Positions 15,001 to 27,502 of a DNA stretch of 64,000 nt are shown in pieces. The translations under genes were made by a program, and so were the position numbers. Under the pieces are notes generated by a model that ran no database searches, was not told the DNA's origin, and saw only the letters and a program-made list of their open reading frames with translations. Within the stretch, counting starts at the first letter, position 1. Each line of letters starts with the position of its first letter. This DNA is from Eledone cirrhosa (taxonomy: Eukaryota): the NCBI GenBank assembly GCA_964016885.1, contig OZ024742.1, positions 186,310,001 through 186,374,000 of the forward strand. The letters are read 5' to 3'.

Positions 15001-18000
15001 TCCCACAGTACAGTAGTAGTGTTGATCCCACAGTACAGTAGTAGTGCTTGTCCCACAGTACAGTAGTAGTGTTGGTGACACAGTACAGTAGTAGTGCTGG
15101 TGCCACAGTACAGTAGTAGTGCTGTTCCACAGTACAGTAGTAATGCTGGTGGCACAGTACAGTAGTAGTGCTGGTGTCACAGTACAGTAGTAGTGTTGGT
15201 GCCACAGTATAGTAGTAGTGTTGGTGTCACAGTACAGTAGCAGTGCTGGTGCCACAGTACAGTAGTAGTACTGTTGCAGCAGTACATTATTAGTGCTGGT
15301 GCCACAGTACAGTAGTAGTGTTGGTGCCACAGTACATTAGTAGTGCTGGTGCCACAGTACAGTAGTAGTGCTGGTGTCACAGTACAGTAGTAGTGCTGGT
15401 GCCACAGTACAGTAGTACTGCTGGTGTCACAGTACAGTAGTAGTGCTGGTGCCACAGTACAGTAGCAGTGCTGGTGTCACAGTACAGTAGTAGTGTTGGT
15501 GCCACAGTACAGTAGTAGTGTTGGTCCCACAGTACAGTAGTAGTGTTGGTGCCACAGTACAGTAGTAGTGTTGGTCCCACAGTACAGTAGTAGTGTTGAT
15601 CCCACAGTACAGTAGTGGTGCTTGTCCCACAGTACAGTAGTAGTGTTGGTGCCACAGTACAGTAGTAGTGTTGGTGCCACAGTACAGTAGTAGTGCTGTT
15701 CCACAGTACAGTAGTAGTGCTGGTGTCACAGTACAGTAGTAGTGCTGGTGTCACAGTACAGTAGTAGTGTTGGTGCCACAGTATAGTAGTAGTGTTGGTG
15801 CCACAGTACATTATTAGTGCTGGTGCCACAGTACAGTAGTAGTACTGGTGCCACAGTACATTATTAGTGCTGGTGCCACAGTACAGTAGTAGTACTGGTG
15901 CCACAGTACAATATTAGTGCTGGTGCCACAGTACAGTAGTAGTGTTGGTGCCACAGTACATTAGTGGTGCTGGTGCCACAGTACAGTAGTAGTGCTGGTG
16001 TCACAGTAAAGTAAGTAGTAGTGCTGGTGTCACAGTACAGTAGTAGTGCTGGTGTCACAGTACAGTAGTGCTGGTGTCACAGCACAGTAGTAGTGTTGGT
16101 GTCACAGTACAGTAGTAGTGCTGGTTCCACAATAAAGTAGTAGTGTTGGTGCCACAGTACAGTAGTAGTGCTGGTGCCACAGTACAGTAGTAGTGCTGGT
16201 GTCACAGTACAGTAGTAGTGCTGGTGCCACAGTACAGTAGCAGTGTTGGTGCCACAGTACAGTAGTAGTGCTGGTGTCACAGTACAGTAGTAGTGTTGAT
16301 GCCACAGTACAGTAGTAGTGCTGGTGCCACAGTACAGTAGTAGTGTTGTTACCATAGTACAGTAGTATTGCTGGTGTCACAGTACAGTAGTAGTGTTGTT
16401 ACCATAGTACAGTAGTAGTGCTGGTGCAACAGTACAGTAGTAGTGCTGGTGTCACAGTACAGTAGTAGTGCTGGTGTCACAGTACAGTAGTAGTGCTGGT
16501 GCCACAGTACAGTAGTTGTGCTGGTGCCACAGTACAGTAGTAGTGCTGGTGCCACAGTACAGTAGTAGTGCTGGTGCCACAGTACAGTAGTAGTGTTGGT
16601 GCCACAGTACAGTAGTAGTGCTGTTCCACTGTACAGTAGTAGTGCTGGTGTCACAGTACAGCAGTAGTGCTGGTGCCACAGTACAGTAGTAGTGCTGGTG
16701 TCACAGTACAGTAGTAGTGTTGGTGTCACGGTACAGTAGTAGTGTTGGTGCAACAGCACAGTACAGTAGTAGTGTTGTTGCCACAGTACAGTAGTAGTGT
16801 TGGTGTCACAGTACAGTAGTAGTGCTGGTGCCACAGTACAACAGCAGTGCTGGTGTCACAGTAGAGTAGTGCTGGTGTCACAGTACAGTAGTAGTGCTAG
16901 TGCCACAGTACAGTAGTAGTGCTGGTGCCACAGTACAGTAGTAGTGTTGGTGTCACGGTACAGTAGTAGTGTTGGTGCAACAGCACAGTACAGTAGTAGT
17001 GTTGTTGCCACAGTACAGTAGTAGTGTTGGTGTCACAGTACAGTAGTAGTGTTGGTGTCACAGTACAGGAGTAGTGCTGGTGCCACAGTACAGTAGTAGT
17101 GCTGGTGTCACAGTACAGTAGTGCTGGTCCCACAGTACAGTAGTAGTGTTGGTGCCACAGTGCAGTAGTAGTGTTGGTCCCACAGTAGAGTAGTAGAGCT
17201 GGTGTCACAGTACAGTAGTAGTGCTGGTGTCACAGTACAGTAGTAGTGTTGGTTCCACAGTGCAGTAGTAGTGTTGGTCCCACAGTACAGTAGTAGAGCT
17301 GGTGTCACAGTACAGTAGTAGTGCTGGTGCCACAGTACAGTAGTAGTGTTGGTGCCAAAGTAGAGTAGTAGAGCTGGTGTCACAGTACAGTAGTAGTGCT
17401 GGTGTCACAGTACAGTAGTAGTGTTGGTTCCACAGTGCAGTAGTAGTGTTGGTCCCACAGTACAGTAGTAGAGCTGGTGTCACAGTACAGTAGTAGTGTT
17501 GGTGTCACAGTACAGTAGTAGTGCTGGTGTCACAGTACAGTAGTAGTGCTGGTGTCACAGTACAGTAGTAGTGCTGGTGTCACAGTACAGTAGTAGTGCT
17601 GATATCACAGTACAGTAGTAGGGTTGGTGTCACAGTACAGTAGTAGTGTTGGTCCCACAGTACAGTAGTAGTGTTGGTGTCACAGTGCAGTAGTAGTGTT
17701 GGTGCCACAGTACAGTAGTAGTGTTGGTGCCACAGTACAGTAGTAGTGCTGTTCCACAGTACAGTAGTAGTGCTGGTGTCACAGTACAGTAGTAGTGCTG
17801 GTGTCACAGTACAGTAGTAGTGTTGGTGCCACAGTATAGTAGTAGTGTTGGTGTCACAGTCCAGTAGTAGTACTGGCGCCACAGTACAATAGTAGTACTG
17901 GTGCCACAGTACATTATTAGTGCCGGTGCCACAGTACAGTAGTAGTGTTGGTGCCACAGTACATTAGTAGTGCTGGTGCCACAGTACAGTAGTAGTGCTG

Positions 18001-21000
18001 GTGTCACAGTAAAGTAAGTAGTAGTGCTGGTGTCACAGTACAGTAGTAGTGCTGGTGTCACAGCACAGTAGTAGTGTTGGTGTCACAGTACAGTAGTAGT
18101 GCTGGTGCCACAATAAAGTAGTAGTGTTGGTGCCACAGTAAGTAGTAGTGCTGGTGTCACAGTACAGTAGTAGTGCTGGTGCCACAGTACAGTAGCAGTG
18201 TTGGTGCCACAGTACAGTAGTAGTGCTGGTGTCACAGTAGTAGTGTTGGTGCCACAGTACAGTAGTAGTGCTGGTACCACAGTACAGTAGTAGTGTTGTT
18301 ACCATAGTACAGTAGTATTGCTGGTGTCACAGTGCAGTAGTAGTGTTGTTACCATAGTACAGTAGTAGTGCTGGTGCCACAGTACAGTAGTTGTGCTGGT
18401 GTCACAGTACAGTAGTAGTGCTGGTGCCACAGTACAGTAGTAGTGCTGGTGCCACAGTACAGTAGCAGTGCTGGTGCCACAGTACAGTAGTTGTGCTGGT
18501 GTCACAGTACAGTAGTAGTGCTGGTGCCACAGTACAGTAGGAGTGCTGGTGCCACAGTACAGTAGTAGTGCTGGTGTCAGTACAGTAGTAGTGTTGGTGT
18601 CACGGTACAGTAGTAGTGTTGGTGCCACAGTACAGTAGTAGTGTATGTGCCACAGTACAGTAGTAGTGTTGGTACCAGAGTACAGTAGTAATGCTGGTCC
18701 CACAGTACAGTAGTAGTGTTGGTGCCACAGTACAGTAGTAGTGTTCGTCCCACAGTACAGTAGTATTGCTGGTGTCACAGTACAGTAGTAGTGCTGGTGT
18801 CACAGTACAGTAGTAGTGTTGGTGCCACAGTATAGTAGTAGTGTTGGTGTCACAGTACAGTAGTAGTGCTGGTGCCACAGTACAGCAGTAGTACTGGTGC
18901 CACAGTACATTATTAGTGCTGGTGCCACAGTACAGTAGTAGTGCTGGTGTCACAGTAAAGTAAGTAGTAGTGCTGGTGTCACAGTACAGTAGTAGTGCTG
19001 GTGCCACAGTTAAGTAGCAGTGTTGGTGTCACAGTACAGTAGTGCTGGTGTCACAGCACAGTAGTAGTGTTGGTGTCACAGTACAGTAGTAGTGCTGGTG
19101 CCACAATAAAGTAGTAGTGTTGGTGCCACAGTACAGTAGTAGTGTTGGTGCCACAGTACAGTAGTAGTGTTGGTGCCACAGTGCAGTAGTAGTGTTGGTG
19201 TCACAGTGCAGTAGTAGTGCTGGTGCCACAGTACAGTAGCAGTGTTGGTGCCACAGTATAGTAGTAGTGCTGGTGCTACAGTACAGTAGTTGTGCTGGTG
19301 CCACAGTACAGTAGTAGTGCTGGTGTCACAGTACAGTAGTAGTGCTGGTGCCACAGTACAGTAGCAGTGTTGGTGTCACAGTACAGTAGTAGTGATGGTG
19401 TCACAGTACAGTAGTAGTGCTGGTGTCACAGTACAGTAGTAGTGTTGGTGTCAGTACAGTAGTAGTGTTGGTGCCACAGTACAATAGTAGTGTATGTGCC
19501 ACATTACAGTAGTAGTGTTGGTGTCACAGTACAGTAGTAGTGTTGGTGCCACAGTACAGTAGTAGTGCTGGTGTCACAGTACAGTAGTAGTGCTGGTGTC
19601 ACAGTACAGTAGTAGTGCTGGTGCCACAGTACAGTAGCAGTGTTGGTGCCACAGTAGAGTAGTAGTGCTGGTGTCACAGTACAGTAGTAGTGTTGGTGCC
19701 ACAGTGCAGTAGTAGTGTTGGTGTCACAGTGCAGTAGTAGTGCTGGTGCCACAGTACAGTAACAGTGTTGGTGCCACAGTATAGTAGTAGTGCTGGTGCC
19801 ACAGTACAGTAGTAGTGCTGGTACCACAGTACAGTAGTAGTGTTGTTACCATAGTACAGTAGTAGTGCTGGTGTCACAGTACAGTAGTAGTGTTGTTACC
19901 ATAGTACAGTAGTAGTGCTGGTGCAACAGTACAGTAGTAGTGCTGGTGTCACAGTACAGTAGTAGTGCTGGTGTCACAGTACAGTAGTAGTGCTGGTGCC
20001 ACAGTACAGTAGTAGTGCTGGTGCCACAGTACAGTAGTAGTGCTGGTGTCACAGTACAGTAGTAGTGTTGGTGCCACAGTACGGTAATAGTGTTGGTGCC
20101 ATAGTACGGTAGTTGTGTTGGTTCCACAGTACAGTAGCGTTGGTGCCACAGTACAGTAGTAGTGCTGGTGTCACAGTACAGTAGTAGTGCTGGTGTCACA
20201 GTACAGTAGTAGTGTTGGTGTCAGTACAGTAGTAGTGTTGGTGCCACAGTACAGTAGTAGTGTATGTGCCACAGTACAGTAGTGTTGGTAGTACAGTAGT
20301 AGTGCTGGTGCCACAGTACATTAGTAGTGTTGGTCCCACAGTACAGTAGTAGTGTTGGTGTCACAGTACAGTAGTAGTGCTGGTGCCACAGTACAGTAGT
20401 AGTGTTGGTGCCAAAGTACAGTAGTAGTGTTGGTGTCACAGTACAGTAGTAGTGTTGGTGCCACAGTACAGTAGTAGTGTTGGTGTCACAGTACAGTAAT
20501 AGTGTTGGTGTCACAGTACAGTAGTGGTGTTGATGCCACAGTACAGTAGTAGTTCTGGTGTCACAGTACAGTAGTAGTGCTGGTGTCACAGTACAGTAGT
20601 AGTGTTGGTGCCACAGTACAGTAGTAGTGTTTGTGCCACAGTAAAGTAGTAGTGCTGGTGTCACAGTACAGTAGTAGTGCAGGTGTCACAGTACAATAGT
20701 AGTGTTGGTGCCACAGTACAGTAGTAGTGCTGGTGCCACAGTAAAGTAGTAGTGATGGTGTCACAGTACAGCAGTTGTGTTGGTGCCACAGTACAGTAGT
20801 AGTGCTGGTGCCACAGTAAAGTAGTAGTGATGGTGTCACAGTACAGTAGTAGTGTTGGTGCCACAGTACAGCAGTAGTGCTGGTGCCACAGTACAGTAGT
20901 AGTGTTGGTGCCACAGTACAGTAGTAGTGTTGGTGTCACAGTACAGTAGTAGTGTTTGTGCCACAGTACAGTAATAGTGTTGGTGTCACAGTACAGTAGT

Positions 21001-21147
21001 AGTGTTGGTGCCACAGTACAGTAGTAGTGCTGGTGCCAGAGTAAAGTAGTATTGATGGTGTCACAGTACAGTAGTAGTGTTGTTGCCACAATCCAGCAGT
21101 AGTGTTGGTGCCACAGTACAGTAGTAGTGATGGTGCCACAGTAAAGT
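1..21147. repeat. 25-bp tandem satellite array, consensus GYTGGTGYCACAGTACAGTAGTAGT, with higher-order structure; continues past the left window edge
   Basis: Continuous head-to-tail 25-mers with point variants and 1-5 nt deletions. All the minus-strand TPALLLYC.../WHQHYYCTV ORFs are translations of this unit. Confidence 0.99.
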
Positions 21148-21250
21148 GCCAACACTGCAAAGTGGTAGTGCTAGTGTCAAGGTAAAAACACCCAGTCCAC
21201 TCTGTAAAGTGGTGTTGCTGATGCCATGATAAAATCACCCAGCCCACTGA
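21148..21250 (+). mobile_element. SINE internal segment (CACTGTAAAGTGGT...GGTGYCA...CACCCAG) at the satellite edge
   Basis: Matches the segment upstream of TGTGGTTGGCATTAGGAAGGGCATCC in the dispersed copies at 22575, 25557 and 26690. Confidence 0.75.
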
Positions 21251-21600
21251 GTGGTTAAGAATTTCACTTCACAATCATGAGGTCCCAGGATGTGATCCCA
21301 CTGTGTGGAAGCTTGGGCAATTTTCTTTACCACAGCTTCAGGTTTACTCAAGTTTCATGAGTTGAAAATCTGTAGACAGGAACTACTTGGAAGCTCTTTC
21401 AGATTGACCGTACCATTAGTTCAAAGATCCAACCCTGTCACACTCTGTGTCTTGCAGATTCAACTTGGGGAATTATATTAAGTGTATATATATGTTTGTG
21501 GAATACTCAACTACTTAGATGTTAATTTATGAGTTGGATTTTCACTTGATTTAACAAGTGGATACACATCAATGAAACTGGCAGAGCATCCATTACTGTT
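21249..21600 (+). mobile_element. Degenerate tRNA-headed SINE
   Basis: GAGTGGTTAAGAA A-box-like start and a degenerate B box. Related heads occur at 33895 and 59821. Confidence 0.55.
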
Positions 21601-22274
21601 ATCAGGTGAGGAAGATAGAAGATAATCCAGTACATTGTGGTTAGTAACATGAGACAGTGACTACTACTACAAATGCTTTAAAGCCATGTTTCCTACAAAA
21701 GCAGGGGTTAGCCTTGAAGGCACCATGACAAGCTTCTCAATTTTGCCCCAACTCTGTATCATCCCAACATCAGGCTTTCCTTTCCTTCTCCATTATCTTT
21801 AGCCCTGTCTTTCATTATCTCCTCTTCCTCTAACTCTTTCCACATTCCTTTCCATCACTCCTCTCATCCAGTCGTTTTCATCCCTCCTCAACACATGACC
21901 CAGCCATCTTATTCTAATTCTCTTAACATCATCTTCTGCACTTCATTTTTTTGTCTTTTTCTCTCCTCTCTCAGTGATACTTCCCATCTCCATTCTCTCC
22001 AACCTTCTCCACTGCTCCACAATCACCATGTCTCACTCCCATAAAATATTGCCACTTCAAGCACAATTTGAACCAAAGACCATTCAAACCACTCAGTCAA
22101 CACTTTAGCCAATCAACAATTGTGATATCAATTATTCTTTACTGGTTTCAGTAATTGGATCGTGGTCATGCTGGGGCATTGCTTTAAAGTAGATCATATG
22201 AAACCCAGTTTTTACTATTTGAAAATTTTGTAATTAGTGATTAATTTTCTTGAACTGCTAAGTTACAGCACATA

Positions 22275-22362
<88 letters not shown>

Positions 22363-22523
22363 AATAATTAGCCAGCTGTATCAATGAACTTGAGTAGCTG
22401 CCAACCAAAATGTATATAATAAATACAACTCTACAACATGTATGAGGTCACTTCATTAGTAAATGTTTGTTGTCATTTATACACTTATAAATTTACAATC
22501 CAGTATCAATATATAAATATGTT

Positions 22524-22571
22524 CTTGTCTGATGACCCTGTGATAAGCAGGCCAAACTCCAGAGTAACATG
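22524..22571 (+). ncRNA. Degenerate type I hammerhead ribozyme
   Basis: TGT-CTGATGA-C-CCTG(tgataag)CAGG-C-CAAAC-TCCAGA-GTA-ACA. The GAAA is mutated to CAAA and stem III is near-palindromic. Confidence 0.6.
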
Positions 22572-22574
22572 ACT

Positions 22575-22791
22575 CACTGTAAAGTGGGTGTGTATGTGTC
22601 ACAACAATAAGCACCCAGCACACACTGTAAATGTGGTTGGCATTAGGAAGGGCATCCAACTGTAGAAAACAAGCCAAAATCAGTTCCATGTGTGTGAATC
22701 AAGGGCCTCTGGCCTGATCACTCACAAAGGTACTGCCCATCCTACCCATGCTAGCATGGGAAATGGATTTTAAATGATGATGATGATGATA
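22575..22791 (+). mobile_element. SINE 3' part with RTE-like tail ending in (GAT)n
   Basis: GGTTGGCATTAGGAAGGGCATCC core followed by CCCATGCTAGCATGG...TAAATGATGATGAT. Confidence 0.8.
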
Positions 22792-22842
22792 TATATATAT
22801 TTGTCTTGCAAGGTTTTGATATGAAATCGTGTATTGAAACAA

Positions 22843-23205
22843 ATATTGCTATACTTGAGGAGGGTCATATTGTTATAATATTGCCAGAAATAATAACAGA
22901 ACACACTCAGTGTTTGGTTGGTTTTCACTTCTGTATCTTTTATATCTCCATAGTTAACTTATTTGGCAATCAATGTTTATCATTGACTGACCAGCAGTTA
23001 AAAATACAGATATAAATATATATATATATAGTCTATCAAAGTTATTTCGTTGCACAACTGCAACATCATCAGTGGTACTATTATGTTTCCTCCTATTGTG
23101 CGACGAAAGAACTTTGATAGACTATATATATATATTTATATCTGTAATTTTAACTGCTGGTCAATCAATATTATAACAATATGACCCTTGCCAAGTATAA
23201 CAATA
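22843..23205. repeat. Nested inverted repeat (outer arms ~22843-22883/23165-23205, inner arms ~22988-23058/23096-23163)
   Basis: Arms are reverse complements. The inner left arm has a hammerhead-like core on the minus strand (CTGATGA-T-GTTGCA-gttg-TGCAAC-GAAA, 23044-23072). Confidence 0.8.
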
Positions 23206-24218
23206 TATATATATATATATATGGAAAAAAAAAGGAAAGGAGCTGATCAGATCAGACCAAGGAAAGTAGGTTTTCATTGCTGATAGCATCTGCAAGTTGC
23301 AACTCCTTGCAGAAGGAGTAACATGAAATAAAGTATTTTGCTCAAGAACATAACACATCACCCAGTTCAGTAATCAAACCTACAACCCTATGGTTATGTA
23401 TCCAACATGCTAACTACTAGGCTATTTCTCTTTTTCTCTCTACTATATATATATATATATAGAGAGAGAGAAATTACATGAATCAAAGTTCTGTTCAAAC
23501 CATTTATTAGCTTACAATTGTTTTGTCCAAACCGAGGTTTGGAGTCTTCGGAGCAATTTTTCAATGATTGTTTACATACATGACCTCCTTTCCAACACAA
23601 GAGACATACAGAAACATATGTATATATCAATGCACAGTGGGGTGACATCAATTATAATATTTTAGCATGGCAATTTACATTCAAAAATTAAAATCATATT
23701 AAAAGAAAATTAAAACAAAATTAAAGTTAAAATACAACATCGCCAGTTTACGAAGATAATGCAAGAGGATAGTTTGAAGTAGTTAGTGTATGCAATAGTT
23801 ACACGTGGGACATGCACGTGTGTCTTATTTATATAAGATTATTGTGTGGTAAGGTGTTATATGCAATACAAGTACTTTAAGCGGGCAATCAAGAGTATTA
23901 TGGGGGTTGTATTGGTAAAGTATTTTTTATGTATGATAAAGAAGCTTGTGTGCAGCGAAATATTAAAAATGAGAAGCAAAATAATGTTATGGTTTTCGTA
24001 TACACCACCATTTTCACAATCCAGGAAATGTATCCTTAATACTATATATATATATATATATATAAATGAAAGGTATAGAAAGTATTGTAGCAAGAAGCCA
24101 ACAGTATTCCATAATATATAAGTGACTATAGCGTCAAAACGGGAAAATAGTTAACGTAAGATGTGGGAAAAATAATTCAAACTCAATTCAAAAAGAATCA
24201 GAATATATATATATATTT

Positions 24219-25540
24219 CCATCAGGGAAATGGCCATGTTTGATATGTAGAAAAGCAAGGAGCTGGCATAAATTCTATAAAATGTACACAATGCAGATCT
24301 TGGGTACACAAGAGATGTAGTGGGTAAACTAACATGTAGGGAAAACTACATATACAGTAGATGTACAGGGAAATTTGACAGTAGAAGTCGCAGATGTAGT
24401 GACCTACATTCCGCGGGCTCACATACATTCTCTGTGCGTGATTTGGCTCAGTTCAGCCAATCAGCGCCAGTAGAAGAGGATGTATCCCTACGCACCCTGA
24501 GGAAGAAATTCACCGCGAAGATTTGAAGAATCTCTCTCTTGTACCGGAAACTTCAAGCCAGCAACACGCATAATGTAACAGTGAGATATTGCACCACTAG
24601 CCTCGCCGGCTTAAAGGCGCAATGGCACATTCCCTAATGTAACCTCTTTTTATCTGTAACTTCAACCATATAAATAAACAAACATTTCATCTCTAATTAC
24701 TGCGGTTGAAGTCGTTATTATGTTACTCTTGTCTCAATGACATCTTTAATCCATGCTGCTGGAATTGGCGACCTGACGAAAGGAATATTGTAAATAGATG
24801 GTAAATAGATCGAGGGACCTTCCCTCACGTCTATGTCAACAAGATAATCCAACGAGGATACTATCACTTACCACACTGGCAACTAACGACCACTGATTCT
24901 ACCACCCTACTAAAGTGGCGATAACATCTATAACTAATACTGCTAAACAGTGATAGACACATTTTTGAAATGCAGGTAGGTTCTATAGAAATGGTTGATA
25001 GCTTCCGGTACCTAGGTGATCAGAGGCCATAGTATCTAGAATAAGGACAAGTTGGAAGAAGTTTAGGGAGCTGCTTCCTCTGTTGACAAAGGGATTCTCC
25101 CTGTGTATGAAAGGCCGGTTATATGATGCCTGTGTGAGATGCGCGATGTTGCATGGTAGTGAGACATGGGCAGCAACTGCAGAGGATATGCGACGGCTGG
25201 AGAGAAATGAGGCAAGCATGGTCCGTTGGATGTGCAATGTCAATGTGCATGAACGACCGAGCATAGATGAGTTGAGAGAGAAACTGTGTATAAGAGGGAT
25301 AAGTTGTAGCGTGCGGGAGAGAAGACTATGATGGTATAGTCATGTGATGCACAGTAGAAGGAAGACGCAGTAGAGGAAGACCACGAAAAACATGGGCGGA
25401 GGTGGTGAGAGCAGACCTCAGATCACTGAAGCTCACGGTGGAGATGACAAAGGACCATGACAAGTGGAGAGATGTTGTGCTGAATAGGACTCGTCCCACC
25501 CTTGCAAGCAGGGAAAAGCGGACGTAAAATGATGATGATG
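24219..25540 (+). mobile_element. RTE-clade LINE 3' fragment (PHD-like Cys/His finger, post-RT region, 3' tail), interrupted by an LTR-like insertion
   Basis: Reads PSGKWPCLICRK/GAGINSIKCTQCRSWVHKRCSG, then EMVDSFRYLG, KGRLYDACVRCAMLHGSETW and RGRPRKTW, and ends GGACGTAAAATGATGATG. Contains frameshifts and stops. Confidence 0.88.
24395..24949 (+). mobile_element. 555-bp solo-LTR-like element, copy 1
   Basis: TGT...ACA termini and an internal AATAAA. Near-identical copy at 41871-42425. Splits the RTE fragment. Confidence 0.75.
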
Positions 25541-25556
25541 ATATATATATATATAT

Positions 25557-25738
25557 TGTAAAGTGGTCATTTTGGTGTCACAACAAAAAGCACCCAGCCC
25601 ACACTGTAAATGTGGTTGGCATTAGGAAGGGCATCCAAACATAGAAACCAAGCCAGAAACACTCTGACCCAACTTACCTCAAACCTGTCTAACCGATGCT
25701 AGCATGGAAAATAGACATTAAATGATGATAATGATGAT
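25557..25738 (+). mobile_element. SINE 3' part with RTE-like tail
   Basis: Same core and tail as 22575-22791. Confidence 0.8.
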
Positions 25739-25904
25739 ATATATCTTACAAAAAGTCTAACAGATATCACAATTGATGATTGACTATTTGGTTTCAAGAG
25801 TCATTGTATTTATGATAAGATAGAAGTAGCCATCCAGTAGTGTATCCAGAATGCAAATAGTTAACAGTTTAACCAATCAGCAGTTGGTGTGTGGTCTCTA
25901 TTAA

Positions 25905-26101
25905 CCCTTTAGCATTTATATTACTCTCTATATACTATTGTATTTTTGTGATAAGGGCTTTATCTCCCATAATTATTAACATAATATTGACTCTATGAGA
26001 TTTTGATGTTATTTATTTTGAGAACAATACAGTAACATCAATATGAACAGAAAGAAGTGAGAACATTCTGGCCGGATACAACTGCTTTAAATGCTAAAGG
26101 A
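25905..26101. mobile_element. TTAA-flanked MITE (piggyBac/Kolobok-like)
   Basis: TIRs CCCTTTAGCATTTA / TAAATGCTAAAGGA, with TTAA on both sides. Confidence 0.7.
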
Positions 26102-26689
26102 TTAACCAATCAGCAATAGAGGTGTGGTATCTATTAAAGACCTCATTTGACATAGGGAAATGGTTGGCCCTCTAACCAGATATTCTGGCTGTCTGTTACT
26201 TAGTTTCACATTAAAAGATTAACTTTTGCTTTTTATTTTTTGTTAGATTTAAGCTGATAGAAAATATAAATTTTTAATAGCTGCTAATATTGCCTAATAT
26301 GTAAAGTTGTTGATTTATGACAATAGTTTTAACATAGGTTTGACATTCTGCTTTTACTACGAACACACATTTCATTATCATCATCATTGCTATCTCAATT
26401 GACATTGTCAAAAGCATCATTGTTATCGTCATAATCATTGTCACCTATATAACCATCACCACTGCCATCAACATCATTGTTATAATCATTATTGCCACCA
26501 TCATCATATTCATTTCTATGCCTGATATCCAAGTTGGCATGGTATGAACATTTTTCAAGGCAGATTTTTACAGTAAGATGTCCTTCCTGACACAAATATT
26601 TTTACATATGGTAGTAATCTTCACACATTGAAATGCCAAACATTATATCATTTGTGTGTGTGTCTGATACACATTGACTGCCCAGTCTG

Positions 26690-26915
26690 CATTGTAGAGT
26701 TGTTGTGTTGGTGTCATGACAAAAAGTGTCATTATGGTGCCATGATAAAAAGCACACTGTAAATGTGGTTGACATTAGGAAGGGCATCCAGCCATAGACA
26801 CCAAGTCAGAAACAGTTCTGTATGAGCAAGACATGGTCACCTGATCTGACTTGTCTCAGAACAGGACAACCCATTTAACCCATGCTACAAAGAAAATAGA
26901 CATTAAACGAGGATG
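26690..26915 (+). mobile_element. SINE 3' part with RTE-like tail
   Basis: GGTTGACATTAGGAAGGGCATCCAGCC core and an ACCCATGC...GACATTAAACGA tail. Confidence 0.75.
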
Positions 26916-27104
26916 TGGATGATCCTGACCCCCTGTGGGTATCCAGTTTAAAATAAGAACACTGTATGTCAGTAGATTACAAGAGGCACATCAAGAAGAT
27001 CATCTTGTAAAAGATTTCCACCAAAGACTCCATGATCAGTATGAAGCCACAAGATTATCTCTTGCTTTACGCAGGAAAATATACTTAAAATGCTTGTTAT
27101 TCTG

Positions 27105-27300
27105 TCATCATCATCATCATCATCAACGTTTAACGTCCGTGTTCCACGCTTGCATGGGTTTGGACGGGGGTAGTCCCACTTGAGGCAAGAGTGATTGTCT
27201 TGCTCGCATAGGACTGTCTGGCAGGTTTTCTACAGTTGGATGCCCTTCCTAACACCAACCACATTTACAGTGTGGGTCTGGGAGGTTTTTACCGTGTTGC
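27105..27300 (-). mobile_element. SINE 3' part with RTE-like tail
   Basis: Reverse complement of the same core (GGATGCCCTTCCTAACACCAACCAC) and a (CAT)n tail. Confidence 0.75.
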
Positions 27301-27502
27301 CTACACGGCCACATTACAGCGTGGACTGTGTGTTTTTTTGTCGTGACACCTACACGATCTCATTTGTTTCGGCCTCGATGGCGCGGCACCAACATAACTT
27401 TACATAGAACGGGGTGGTGTGGATGGGGTGGGGGTGGTGGTGGTGGGACGGGGTGTATTTTGTTAGAGATGCCTACTGGCTGGAGTAGGTTTTACTATAT
27501 AT

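Noticed and set aside
1-21147. CRISPR-like array
   Set aside because: Monomers are contiguous with no unique spacers, there are no cas genes, and the context is eukaryotic.
1-21247. About 120 minus-strand ORFs encoding Cys/His/Tyr/Thr-rich repeats, with stops mostly TGA alternating with TGG (possible readthrough or selenoprotein)
   Set aside because: These are a by-product of a 25-bp unit cycling through three frames. Frequent non-triplet indels and the free C/T variant explain the TGA/TGG alternation, and there is no sign of coding constraint.
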